NCBI GenBank assembly: GCA_040954595.2
Contig: CM082578.2
Location: 10,547,166-10,611,165 of the forward strand
Source of the DNA: Balanoglossus misakiensis
Taxonomy: Eukaryota > Animalia > Hemichordata
Reading direction: 5' to 3'
DNA: 64,000 bases
This document shows positions 24,714 through 37,270 of the stretch, in pieces. The notes under the pieces are model-generated. The model was not told where the DNA came from. It made no database searches and worked only from the letters and a program-made list of their open reading frames with translations. Positions within the stretch are counted from its first letter, which is position 1. The number at the start of each line of letters is the position of its first letter. The position numbers and the translations under genes are program-made.

Positions 24714-27700
24714 GTTGACAGTCTGGGATAAACTGACCCATCAGTCACTCACGCAGACTCTAAGACGTTATGTGACGCAAGCACTGATTGGATCATAAAT
24801 GTTCTTCGATGAATGCACATGTAATGCTATCCAGTAGTGCGATGTGTTCATGGTCAAATCCAAAGTTAACCCAGTGATATTTTGTTCTTTTCAGGCGTAG
24901 ATTTGAATGCATTACGCAAGACTTTTGACTCACTGTTGACAGTTCCAGGACTGAACCCACAAATGGTCATGGTAAGTTTCACCTGAAGTGAGTGGCATAC
25001 AGTGCATGCTGTAGTTGCCCTGTTTAGAGATGACTAGAAGTGTATACAATCCTATTCTGCCTGGTTATGGGTTAACTGTGTGTCCAAACTGTTTGTGCAG
25101 TGCTGAAAACCATCTAATGAATTGCTGTGTGTGTGTGTGTAAAGAAATATAAGACTTACTGTTTTGACAGCATACGATTGAATAAACAGTCAATTAAAAG
25201 TGACTTGTAGTGAAAAAGCATAAGTGAATACTAACATGGGAATTTGAAATGTTTGTCTTCTGCATACCCAAAGGTCGGAAACGATGGAGATTTTACTGAA
25301 CCAGTGTCTCTCACTGAATTGTACGGATTCAGATCTGAAAAGTTGCAAGTGACAACTAAATATCAATGTGAGTATCATACATGAGGATGAGACCATGAGA
25401 GAAATGTGGAAAAAGTGTGGGTAGCTTTAATAGCTTTAGGTTTCAGTTATAATGGGCGAGGGAAGGGGCAAGAGGAAATTTGGGTTGAAAAACAATCATT
25501 GAATCAAAAGGAGTACAATTAATGCTATCAAGCAATATCCAATGCCTACAAGTTTTCAGTCTAATTTTGATAACACCATTTAACAATCATTTTGAAGGCC
25601 AATATGAAGACCTTTGAAAAACTTCTCGCTTTTTTCTTTCAAATTTCATCAGATCATATGCACAAAGCTATAGCCTCAGCCTTTGTCAGGTATCCACACA
25701 GCCAGTATGCAATCGTCTTAGAAGAACAGCTGGAAGTGACCCCAGACTTTCTCAACTACTTTGCGCAAACTCTTCCACTGATGGACAAGGACAAGTCCAT
25801 CATCTCCATATCAGCGTGGAATAGTAACGGTCAGTTGTTGGCACAAATATTGCACTACCGTAGTGGTTGTATGGTGTCCTTTGTAATAGGTTCTGACAGA
25901 CTAACCACTCAATATTCCTTGCTTTACATCCAAGCTGTGATTTGCAGCTATTGAAGCATGTGAATTAAGTAGATTTCTTGAATCAGTCATACCAGCAACT
26001 GTCCGGCATATTTTACAATGTAAGTTATCGTTATGACACTTTTTCATCTGCTTATCCAAAAAAAACCCTCAAGTTGTCTCAAACAGAACCATTTCCTTTC
26101 ATCCTCTGCAGGTTTTACATCTACTTCAGGTGACACTGGATTACTGTATCGTACTGAGAACTTCCCTGGTCTTGGGTATGTACGAATGTATATCAGGATT
26201 CTTACCGAACCCATCAGTGTGTTTGTTCACTGTTCCCTGGCAGTTTCACTGTTAGCTTTATATAAACACGTAACCGGTGAGATTTCTGCGGTTCTTGTAG
26301 GCCTCCTTCAGGTCCATTCTTGTTCCCCTTTCAAAAATTAACGTTTTTTAGATACAGAAGTAAGATAAAAAAATGGGTTGATTTGTATTTGTGACATCTT
26401 TCCAACAGGTGGGTGGTCAGTCGGTCAAATTGGAATGAAATGAAGACCAAACTCGGGGAGTGCTGCGATTCCCGCGTGTGGTACGACTGGCTGAGCGGGG
26501 AGTCGCGCAAAGGACGCGAGATGGTCGTCCCAGACGTGTCACGGGTTACGCGCTTCGAAAAAGACACACTCAGCCCTGATCAAGACTTCATCAGTGTGTA
26601 CTTTGCAAATAGGAAAAGTGTCAGGTGAGTAGTCCTGCCTTAAAATTAGTGACACATCAACGGGGGTAGCCTTCTTACCCTTATTTTGTTACTGTGGTTT
26701 GAACCATGCTATTGTATTGTGAAAGGACAAACCAAACTGCGAAACTGACAGGGTTGAAATTTGCACATGTCCTCGCGTGTTTGGTCATGGATCATCAACA
26801 GCTGTAAAATCATCAAGGCAGCTGCAGGCACACGTACATTGTATCTCTAACTTGAGCCTTACAGTAGACAGCTCTGACTTGTAATGTTTCATTTCAGCAG
26901 AATCATTCAAAAATCATCACTCCGACTCTTGAAAGCTGTTTTGAATGTCTGATTAATCTCTCTCTCTACCTCTGGTTACCTTTCTGAAAAGTGGTGGCAA
27001 TATCCAGCTGAGGGATGTCGACCACTTGGTGAAGGACGAGTACGAGAAGGAAATTTACAAACTTCTAGAAGAAAGCGTCACTTTGGACGCATCGTACACT
27101 GACTCGTGCCTCCAAGGAAAGGTGGAAAAGTTTGGAAAACTGGACGGAGAAGGGTAAGGCATATAATTAAACACATCAGTACCTTGAACGCATACCTTTA
27201 CATGTAGCTATTCAGGCTTGGTTAATAGTAGCTTGATCTCTGCCTACATATTTCACTCATTCTGTAAGCCATTTTAGGGACAGAAATTGTTGCATGTTCA
27301 CGACAGTATGTAAGAGGGACGTTTGCCCCCCCCCCCCCCCCCTCCCAATCCTCTTGAAGAAACCTTGTCTCATTTCAGAGAAATCTACTCAATATTTTAC
27401 GAAGAAGAGCAGGCAGAAAGCCAGGATTTGCTCAAGAGGCTATGCAAGTGTTTCGGGTTATTTTCAATGGCTAACCACGAGGTCAAAGGACTGCACAATG
27501 GAATGTTAAGGTTGGTGAGAGACCCTTGGATGCGATTTTGCCACAAAACATATTGTATGCACCGTTTCGGTGACAGAAATCATTCCCTTTTGGTGTAACT
27601 TATTTTTATGGTATGAGCGCCCTCTATACGTTGTCAGAGACCACCCAAACACCTCTACCACTTAGAGCCACATGACACATGCTGATGATATACTGATGAG

Positions 27701-27950
27701 ATATTTTTGTCCTTTTTTTGTCTATCACCAAATTAAAACCCACCAGAATTTTTATGGCTTGGCATATTGTACTTTTTTTTACTCTCACCAAAAATACAGA
27801 TTCTTCATGAGAATTGTCGTATTTTTTGTATATCACAGATTCCAGTACCTTGGGAACCATGTCATGTTGATCGGCTCGCGCTCACCATATTACAACAGGA
27901 AGTCCAGCGATGTCAAAGCAATACAGATAATCAATCCAGTGATGGAGTGA
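19266..27950 (+). CDS. POMGNT1-like GT13 family type II membrane protein with two FAM3/ILEI domains, about 20 exons
   Basis: The inferred start MAVPQC is spliced to a signal anchor LVKVAFVSLVLLLFYQWY (~20063-20154). FAM3 domain 1 reads KCGNQKAC...PSVCLDD...TFDDAA...YRGNWVFIGQKG. FAM3 domain 2 reads QCGLPEVC...NRGINIVIFN...THDEAS...YRSSWVFIGQQG. These are followed by the linker REQFCKEYEGYGDFC and GT13 motifs AIVLEEQLEVTPDFLNYF, ISAWNSNG, LLYRTENFPGLGW and GREMVVPDVSR. The splice phases I checked are consistent. Confidence 0.88.
24202..24508. mobile_element. Palindromic non-autonomous repeat with a double hairpin, intronic
   Basis: A ~143-bp near-perfect palindrome at 24202-24344 (agcaataaaacacccc...ggggtgttttattgct), plus a second inverted pair at ~24350-24367 and ~24491-24508. 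Confidence 0.65.
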
Positions 27951-30748
27951 TGGCCATGGTTATTTTTCTATGTCTCTCACTTTTAATAATTTAACTTTTT
28001 TACACATTTTGTTATACATTGTGAAAGTTTTTTCACAATGAGTGATGGTGTTGAAAATAACATCATTCTGAAGGGGCTTTTGTCTTCAACTTATGTCCAT
28101 GGAAGATGTGAAGCATCGTATAAAGCCGGGTCTTGTGGAAAACAGGAATTTGTTGTCATATTCACATTCTGCCCAACAAAATGACACCCAGTGTAAAGGG
28201 CACTGACCACAAGTGATCCCATAAGTGCCATTTGGGTTTGTTTTTTTCCGACTGGCAGCTGAAATTTTTGAAACATTTATCAGCCTCGTGACACGTTTCG
28301 CTCTGTTTTTAGAGCAAGGACACAAACCTCTTTCCTCACACAAATGTCTGTGCGTTCCAGCCTAGTCTGAATTTAGTTCAGAGTGAGTACGTATGCAGAG
28401 TCTGACTCATGTCACTCAGAGTATTTAGGGATGTCCCAGAATAGGACGGAAAAGTGTCAGTGTTTGGCTTACTTTGGAATTCAGCGAGGCTGCTGTCCAG
28501 CGAGTTTTCATCATGGAGCTGGCCAACCTCTACAAACACTTGGACGCCAAAAAGAGGCATACATACATGTACATGTATCTTCAAAAAAGGCCATATTTTG
28601 CATAAACAGTGCTGGAATAGTGTAGTTTTTTTATTTATTTTTTATTTATTCCATTTTACTGTGACACAGCCCCCCAGCGATGATTTCCATTTAGTCCCGA
28701 ATGGATTGCTGAAAACTGTGATGGGTATATCTCGTTTATAGTCCCAGGAATAGAAGTTCTATTTCCACTCCTGGCATGGATCCACCCAACATCTCTGGCG
28801 GTGCAGACAGTTGAATATTTCTGGTTTGTCCCAACACAAAGTGTGCTCATGAAAGAGAAAATGGATACTGAATAAGCATCCACTCATTTTATTCTGTTTT
28901 GTTTTTAGCGTCGCTTCAGTAAAATAAGGATGGTTGAGTTCTTGTGTTTCCTATTTTTTTCAATTGACATTTGAATGTCGTTTTATGAATCATGGGGCAA
29001 CATTTTGTAGTTGCTTTAGGTGTGTGAGAACTATAATTTTGAAAGTTGTACAATTTTTGTTGTTAATGAGTGCCGTCAGGGGTATTTATTTGAAGTTTTT
29101 ACAGACAAGTCATACATCTTGGTGTATGTGGGCTTCTGAGAATTTAGGTAGTAATATATGTAAACTCTTAAGGAATTAATATTTTTTATCACATTTGTGA
29201 TAAGTGAGAATTTTTTGTGTGCATTTCCTCGGATCAGATTTGACAGAGGAATGTGAATTGAGGCTGTGATGTTACAGACCACTTTGGTCTGGGGTGCGAG
29301 ACTAAGTTAAGGGGATAGACTGCCTCCTCCGACTGGATGAATTTCATAAAACATTTCCCAAGCAGTCGATCACAGACCATTAAAAGTGAATTTATAGTTT
29401 GCTACTGATAGATATAGGAAAGGAAATTTGGAACACACATGATTTCATCAAATTTTCAGTTAAAAATAAAAAAAAAATGAGCTGAGCTCTATAGCATTAT
29501 TTTTTATAATTTCACTTTTCTTGCCAAAATAATGTCTAACTTAAACTATATCACCTTGCGTTTGATGGGCTTTGGGGAAAAATCGGCTTCTGGCACCATT
29601 TTCAATACGGGCAGTGTCAGCAGGGTTTTATAAGTGCAATAACATAGATGCAATCTGATTTATTGATTTTGATAATATTTAGTGTAATAAATAAATAAAA
29701 TGGTATGAATTTTGAGGCAAATATCTGTGGTATAAGTTGCAATACTTTGTCTCAAAAAAGTGATAATTAATCATCAATTGGAATTAAAGAAGTATGGATG
29801 ATTGTGCAAGACTTAGGTTATGAACAACCAAAAAATAAAGACACCAAGCGAAAAACACTTAGAACATTCATTTGGTTTTTAATCAGAATAATTTTGACCC
29901 TTGCTAGTTAAAATACCATATACAAGGGTTGTTTTCACAAAACTTAACAGGAGAATTACAAAAATTCCATACACAGCATATTAAATACTTTCAAAATTGT
30001 TTGTTGATTTGCAAATGCTCTGAAAAATAGCACCATTTATGATGGAGGGTATTAATCCCTCCAACCCAACCCCTTTTGTGATATTTTATTAATTAAAGCC
30101 CTCCCTTTCTGACAACACTATTATGTGGATTCTAATGGAGTCTCTCTCGCTCAAAAAAAAAAAAAAAATCCAAAAATATAACGACAACCTGGTTTGACTA
30201 TTCTACAGCGCCACAAAATTCTAGCAGGTAAAAGCTTAATTCGAAAATATGCCTCTCTGCAGTCGGCCGGCCACGTGGTGCTAACAATATGCCGGTCAGC
30301 TGTCATACTGTTGAGCTGCAGAAAAATCTCACTTGCCATTTTTACATTCAATTACACCATGAGCTCACTCTGCACACAGGCTTGCTTGGGCAAGCTGTTC
30401 ACATCCGAGCTGCAGCTGCGGCCAGTTCCTGTGCGACAGCTTTTGCATGATTTACATGTATGGTCCATGTACATGTATTATGTCCTATTCATTGCATCAG
30501 ATGTTCTCCCCCACGCAATTTTGCTACAAAAATAACTTTTTTTATATGAGCCTGAGGCATGTGTCCAGCCAGCACACAGTGAAAGACTAAGCACTACAAA
30601 CATGCTGAACCATTGCTTTTTATAATCCAAAGCTCACTGCTAACACAAATTTGGGAGCAGAAAGTCTGTGGCCAAGCTCTGTAAAGAACTACCCTTCTGT
30701 CTTAAAATGGACCTAAAAGAACAAGAAGCTTGTAAAAGACATCACAGT

Positions 30749-33700
30749 TCAATCCTCGTCTCTGCTCTCATCAGATCTGCCTTCTGACTGGAGTACCTCC
30801 TTGTACTGTGACTTCCAGGTGTCAATTGACATATCCTTGTCGTACATCTGTTGGAACAAAAAAAGGTGTGAAGTGTTAATTTCATGTCTTTCAGTTTCTG
30901 CTTTTAAACTTATTCATTGGCATGTATCTCCTTTTCCTCAGCAGGACCATCAACCACATCCACACATTAAACATGGTGTTTATTTTGTCGTATTCTGGAG
31001 TAATGTGAAAAATTGGAAAAAACATTCCTTCTTTGACCCGGTGGTGGCGCTTTCCAAAGCCCACACCAGCGCAGGTTTAAACCCAACTGTCTACGCGCTG
31101 AAAATTCCGGCCCCCAAATGCACAATGACTGTCATTGTGAAATACAATAAGCAGCAAACCGAACAGAAGATGTCAGTGTCCGCCATTGTGTCTTCCTATA
31201 GCCCACACATGAATAGATGAAGATAAACGCAGAAGGTCATACCTTTGAGACGAATTCCAGCACCTTTCTTTTGGTAGTCTCCGTCACTGCCCTTTGACCC
31301 CACTGGAATTGATAGGCCGGAGGGTCTGAATTTATGATCCGGTTATACTCCAAGTACCTGCAATGAAAGGAATGCAAGGGAAAATATAAGAAACACATCA
31401 TGCAATCTCAAAAAAGACGGCATTGTTTCAGGAAGCCAAGATTCAATGGTACTTGAATATATACATGTATATTGTACATGTACGTACACATCGCTTCCGT
31501 CAAATGATAAAACGTATGTGGGAACCCACAATTGTCACCATTCAAAGGGGATAGGAGTCGCATTCATACATGTAATTTCAGGCATCTGCACAGACAGCAC
31601 ACCATCGAACACAAACAAAAGACCCACAGATGTGGAAACAAAAGCTTGAAACCTGTCGCAGCAAGTTTGGCGAAGAAACACTGGCTTTGTAACAACACTA
31701 ACTGTCCCTACCCCTCGAAAGGTTAAGCATATTAGTAGTGCATGTAAAAATGGTGACATGGGGCAATTTATGGATTAAAAACTGTCTATGTTATCATAAG
31801 TCTCCAGACCCAAACGTCGACAACATGTTGATTGTTAATGATCCGACCACAAAAGGCTATACGATTGACTTAGCACGACCGACGCCTCTGTTGTGGCAAT
31901 ACTATGCACACATGTACTGTGATAGTAATAGAAATTTCTGAACCATGGAGTTGAGGCCTTTCACTACATGCTCTCATGCTCCTTGTATGGAATGAGTTTA
32001 ATTACTCCCAACAGCATGCCGATAATATGATGGCTAGTTCAACGAGGGTCTTGAATAAGACCCACTTTTTTAATGTTCATTCATGTATATGTATTGTAGA
32101 CTACAAGTATTTTTGTTTGAATTCATTTCATTTTTCTTATTTATTTAAGTTTGACCACATAACATAAAAAGTCTTATAATGAGAAATGAATGAAATTATA
32201 CTGTTTTTCCTGCCCATACAAAGCACCTGATAAGTGAATCATAAAAAACTCATCTGGGACTGAGAGCATTTTTCCCATTTCAATTCCGCCATTTTATTGC
32301 TGACACCTTCATAGAATCATAATGGTTTTTTTTTTCAATTATGAGTTATTTTTATACACTTTATGTGTATATCTGGTTCTCTGCAATTACTGAAAATAGA
32401 ATGATGAAACCTAATTGAGTAATTCCGTGTGGCAGTAAGATCTGATCAACAAATTATTCATTCACAACAACCATCTTGACAATGCAGACTACATCTTTTA
32501 TTCAGAGTCAGACTACTTTTTTGAACATAGCCAAATCATTGCTTTCATACACCGAGAGGTGTATTATCGGGGGTGAGAATGAGATACCATGACCTCTTGC
32601 AATGGGCGTTTCATATCGGGTCTTCCTTATCCTTTTTCTTACACATTTTGTTTTTTAACAATTTTATAAAGGAAATAATCTAATCTAATATTATTATGTC
32701 ACGGCGACTACATCGAGTAATATTTTACGAGGCTCCACAAAAGAATTTCTTCAAGATTGGATGAAGATTTCGGGACTTCTCTGAAGGTCACAAATCCCTG
32801 ATCTTTCACCACTTTCCAGCACTGTAAACTGGACATAAACCACACAACCTGCATTTCAACTTACATTTGTCTGACAAATTCCTGAGTCAGCAGTTTCTTC
32901 ACATCTCCAAAAACTTCGTGGCTCTTGCTGCAAGCGCAACGAGAAAGAGTCAATTGACTATGGCTGTAACTGACTCTTAGCAGACTAGAATTAGACTAAG
33001 GCAGAAGAAATATTTGCCTATCTGTCTGTGTCATAACAAACACAGCGATGGCTTCCAATATTTCTCAGCTACATGTTGTACATTAGCACTGTCAGATATG
33101 CTGCTTAAACTTTGACAACTGCAATCATCATTTGAACTGAGAAAAAGAATTCCATGAATTTAACTGTATCAAACAATGGTGACTGTGTATGGTACTTGTT
33201 AGTGTTAATGCCAGGTATTTCCAATCCTGGGGGCAAACTTACGATGACCTAGGCTACATCAAGTACGACAGCGACCTGTATTTTGACAAAGGACAACTCT
33301 TTGCACATGGTGCGTACACCTGTTTTTCTTTGACTTGACCTTCAGCAAGTGCTGAGAATTATTTGGGGTGCCCATAAATCTTGTCAAAATGACAGCGTAC
33401 AATAATATGAACTTACTCTGGGTAGATTCCCAGCTTCTTCAGTGCATGCCAAACTACCACTGTGAACGAGGTAAAAGAAACACATGACAAACATGAACAT
33501 GTACGTAAATTCGACAAACCACAGAGGAACAGCGTCTGTACTGAAGCCAAGGTCATTGGGTGATTCTGGAGAGCTGCCTTTTCTTCTCTTCCCTGGTTTT
33601 GTTTTTGCCCTGTTTTGCCTTTTTCACATTTCTGTGAATGATGGTAGACTGTGCATGCCTCAAATATTTCAATTTCACACAGAAAATCAAAGTGACAAGA

Positions 33701-36262
33701 TAGGATCTTCAGAGAGAAGTGATGAAACTTACTTTCTGTGACCACACCACCGCTCATGAATATTATACTTAGTACTACCATCAGGAGCCCCATCTTTGGT
33801 TCTTCAGATGAGCTGTTCGTGAAGATGGAAAAAAACACTTTTCAGGTAAATTATGATCTAGCCAATACTAATGCCAGCTGTAAAATTATGTAATAGGTTC
33901 ATTGCCAAATCAGGGACGTTTTCACAAAATAACACGCTACTTGTAACCAGCTATACTTTTAATTTTGCCACCTGCTACAAAACTTTTTTACATTTCCATG
34001 GTGCTATAAAAAGTATAGTGAATGGACATGTATATGGTCCGACAGGTCAACTGCTAAAGTCTGTGAGTTTTCTTTGACAGGGCGTTTACCTCTGCCAGTC
34101 AGATGGTTCGATTCACAGCCTCTAACAACAATAGTGCAATCACCCACATCAATGCTGTGCAGTGGGCATGTCAAGGGAACACAGTTGATTTTTCTGTCTA
34201 TTCACTTTCTTTCTTGTCTACACAATAAACTCTCATTCCTTATTAAAAAGGTTGGCCACTCTGATGACCCCTGTGTGACCTTTCACCCTCCCATTCTCTT
34301 CTGTCATGATGTCAGGTGAAGTACGGCATTGTAAAAATGGCAAGGTTCCAAAAACATACTGCTGCACGTGCTTTGATTTTCTGTAGATTTCTGAATACTG
34401 GCATTTCGAAAAATTTGAAAAATTATTTTCTACATGACATCGCAGAGTAAATTCTAGCACTCACTAGTCGACATGATCAGGTTCATTAACATCTAATGTG
34501 TTCAGCAGTGTGTAGCACTTCTGTTTCTTGGTGGCAGCTCCTTGCTCTAGCTCAGTTAACTCAAAACCATAGACCTGGAAGACAGGATAAGAAGAAGACT
34601 GGGATTATACACTCGCAAAAATATTCCAGGACTTTTTCTAGTGATTCTGAGACCAGCATGCAATGTGTGAATGTGCAGTCCTTGTGTTAAGGTTTTCGTC
34701 CCAATCATCAACATTTTACTAGTACAGCCTGCAGCATTTTTTTCTATATTTAATGTGACCACGGTACTTAAAAACTACTGTTATAAACTACATGTATACA
34801 GGGCCAGCACGTGTGATGTACAGAGCTGTGTGTACATGCTTGAAGTAGCTCTGTGTCTGCAGCAGCGAGTGTGTGTCAAGAGCGAGGAGAGATAACCCAC
34901 CTTCAACAACTTTGTTTTAGCCCTTTCCATAGCCTTCAGAAAGATACCCTTATGATCCTTCAGTACATGCTTGTTAATGTCTGGGGAGGCACAAAATAGA
35001 AAATGCCTGATATTCAAAGCCTCACCAGAGAATGAAAAGTTTCTCTTGTGGATGCGACACTGCTTTATCATTCAGAGTTCGGATATGAGAACCTCACACC
35101 CTTTTGGAAACATGTCAGTGTTTTATGATGAGTTTTGACTGAGCCAATACAAGACAGCCTTGTTATGATTTTTGCTTCTGAACGTTTTCCTTGAGCATGT
35201 GAACTCAAACAGCTCATGCATCTGGTGCACTGACCTATTCTCTTAACAGGTATCTTCTTCTGTTCCATGATAAGCATAAACTGTACTATTTCATTCACCT
35301 GAAATATAAAAAAAGATCAATTCCTGCCTTAACAGTTGGCTAACTCGATCTCTCTGCAGTGGACAGCTTCTTTGCAAATTAAGATTTGCTCCTGTCACAT
35401 TCTGCATGTGTGATACAACACATCCCCAATCAACGAGGTTCACAACTTCGTCGAAACTTTCAAGAGAACTATATTAAAAATGCATGTATAGAAAATATTC
35501 CATTGATGGCCTTCCTTCTCATTTTCTGTGAGTGTGATGACTGAAGTACATGTAATTTTCATATCGCACTGTCATAGCAAGACACCGGCGTAAGATTGAA
35601 GAAGAGGATGGAATCACTGAATTGCCATTGTGTATTTCCTTGAGTACTAAAAGACAAACCTTGGCTTCAAACGTGTCTGGGGCAATCTGTGCCACCGCTT
35701 TCTCTGCCTGGGTCATTGTCATCGATTGAGAGGCACCCACTGTGATGTCCATTTCATCATCATCGCCATCATCATCATCTATCTCCTGTTTTCAAATTAT
35801 TATAGAAGTTTAATAGACCACGGTGTTAAATTAGGCAACAGAAACAAACACCTGTAGTGTTGTGTACTTGAAGCAGCTGAGTTGGCTGTGGAAACGCAGC
35901 TGTATGGCCTGTACCATTGTGGGATATGCTCATTATCACCACGGACAGGGTAATTAGCACACCCCCCCCCCCCCCATGGTACACTGTACAGCTGCGTTTC
36001 CATAGCTACAGCTGAGTATGTTAAATTTCAATTTTAAATGATAACGCAGACAACAGAGACAATATCACGATTTGAAACCTGCACAAAAGAGAGGTGGTCT
36101 CTTTGACCATCATACTTATAATGATGCAGGAGAACCGAAGGCAAAGGCATCATCAAATTCAGATCCCGTTGAGTGGGGATTTTGGTTTGTGTTTATGGTG
36201 GGTTTTTTTTTACAGGAACTCACCATTTCCACGGCCCGTCTCTTTTGGGAGGCCTTCGGCAT
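30749..36262 (-). CDS. NSMCE3: MAGE-domain protein, SMC5/6 complex subunit NSE3
   Basis: Ten exons read as [13 protein letters not shown] / [14 protein letters not shown]...FEAK / [20 protein letters not shown] / DINKHVLK...KLLK / [10 protein letters not shown]...YTLLNTL / [19 protein letters not shown] / [11 protein letters not shown] / [19 protein letters not shown] / [38 protein letters not shown] / MYDKD...WKSQYKEV. These are typical MAGE homology domain motifs. Confidence 0.9.
35883..36008. repeat. Inverted repeat or MITE remnant in NSMCE3 intron 1
   Basis: tggctgtggaaacgcagctgta...tacagctgcgtttccatagcta, with an inner tgtaccat/atggtaca pair. Confidence 0.6.
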
Positions 36263-36379
36263 CTTTTATAGTTAAAAACTGTACACGGTGACAATTCGGG
36301 ATTTGTTTTAAAGTTCCAGAAATGCAATTTTCCTGGCCCTGTCCACACAATCACCAAATCTCAAACCAGATGACCAGCA

Positions 36380-36480
36380 ACCCGGAAGCAAAATAAAGCA
36401 GTGTGTATTCCGCGCGTAAATAATCGCGCATGCGTCTGGTGCGCCACTTGTCAGCGCGCAGTGTCGCGCGCGCGCCCCAT
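36380..36480. promoter_or_regulatory. CpG-rich housekeeping-type promoter of NSMCE3, head-to-head with SLC6
   Basis: ETS-like CCGGAAG (~36382), NRF1-like CGCGCATGCG (~36425) and GCGC runs, lying 120-220 bp upstream of the ATG. Confidence 0.55.
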
Positions 36481-36490
36481 AGACAACTGT

Positions 36491-36575
36491 GTAGCTCGAT
36501 ATTTTGCCTTGGTTTGTGTATTAGACAGCTGGTTTTGCCGTCTGACACACAAACCAAGGCAAAACCTCGAGCTAC
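36491..36575. repeat. 85-bp hairpin/palindrome
   Basis: gtagctcga-tattttgccttggtttgtgt...acacaaaccaaggcaaaa-cctcgagctac. Confidence 0.8.
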
Positions 36576-37270
36576 TGAACTGCAGATAACCCCCGCCCCT
36601 GCTCAGACCACTGAACTGAACTCAGCTAGTGATAATCTGTTATGCACGGAGTTAGGATCATTATTTTTCCGCTTGGTCCACGTTTATGACCCCCCCCCCC
36701 ATCCCGCCCCACCTGTCTAGGAGGTTTAATACTACAGTTCATGTAGATCGGGATTTTGCGGAATTGAACACAACAGAAAATTCGTAAGACTAGAGTCTAT
36801 GGCTAATGATGGCATTCAAGACATCGTAATTTCACTCTAAATTGAAGAAAAGTTTTTATAGGCTGATGATTTTGACTTTCAAGTTTCTGTATTTCCTTTC
36901 CGGTGTCCTTGCGTAGTCTTTGTCGTCATTTGGGAACACTGAACGGACACATAGACCCTATTGATGATCTAAACGGAAAGCAAACCCTATTTGCCCTCGC
37001 CGATATGCCACTCGGCTATTGGCTCAGATTCATATATTTTGTACAATATGAGTATGGTCTCCCCCGTGGGCCTATAACCCCGACTGGCCTTGCCTTTATA
37101 TCACTCGATCACCAGGTAATGTACACCTCCTAGGCTCCTTAAGAGCGAGCTGACCCACTTTTAAAGAAGTCAATATACACTGTACCACCACCACCACCAC
37201 CACCACAACTGTCGCGTACAAGTTTGGTCCTAAAGCGAACTTTAAGACGCAATTATTGCGATATCAAATA

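Noticed and set aside
24972-25650. Apparent missing exon or frameshift suggesting the POMGNT1-like gene is a pseudogene
   Set aside because: An exon at ~25273-25366 (VGNDGDFTEPVSLTELYGFRSE...) restores homology and phase.
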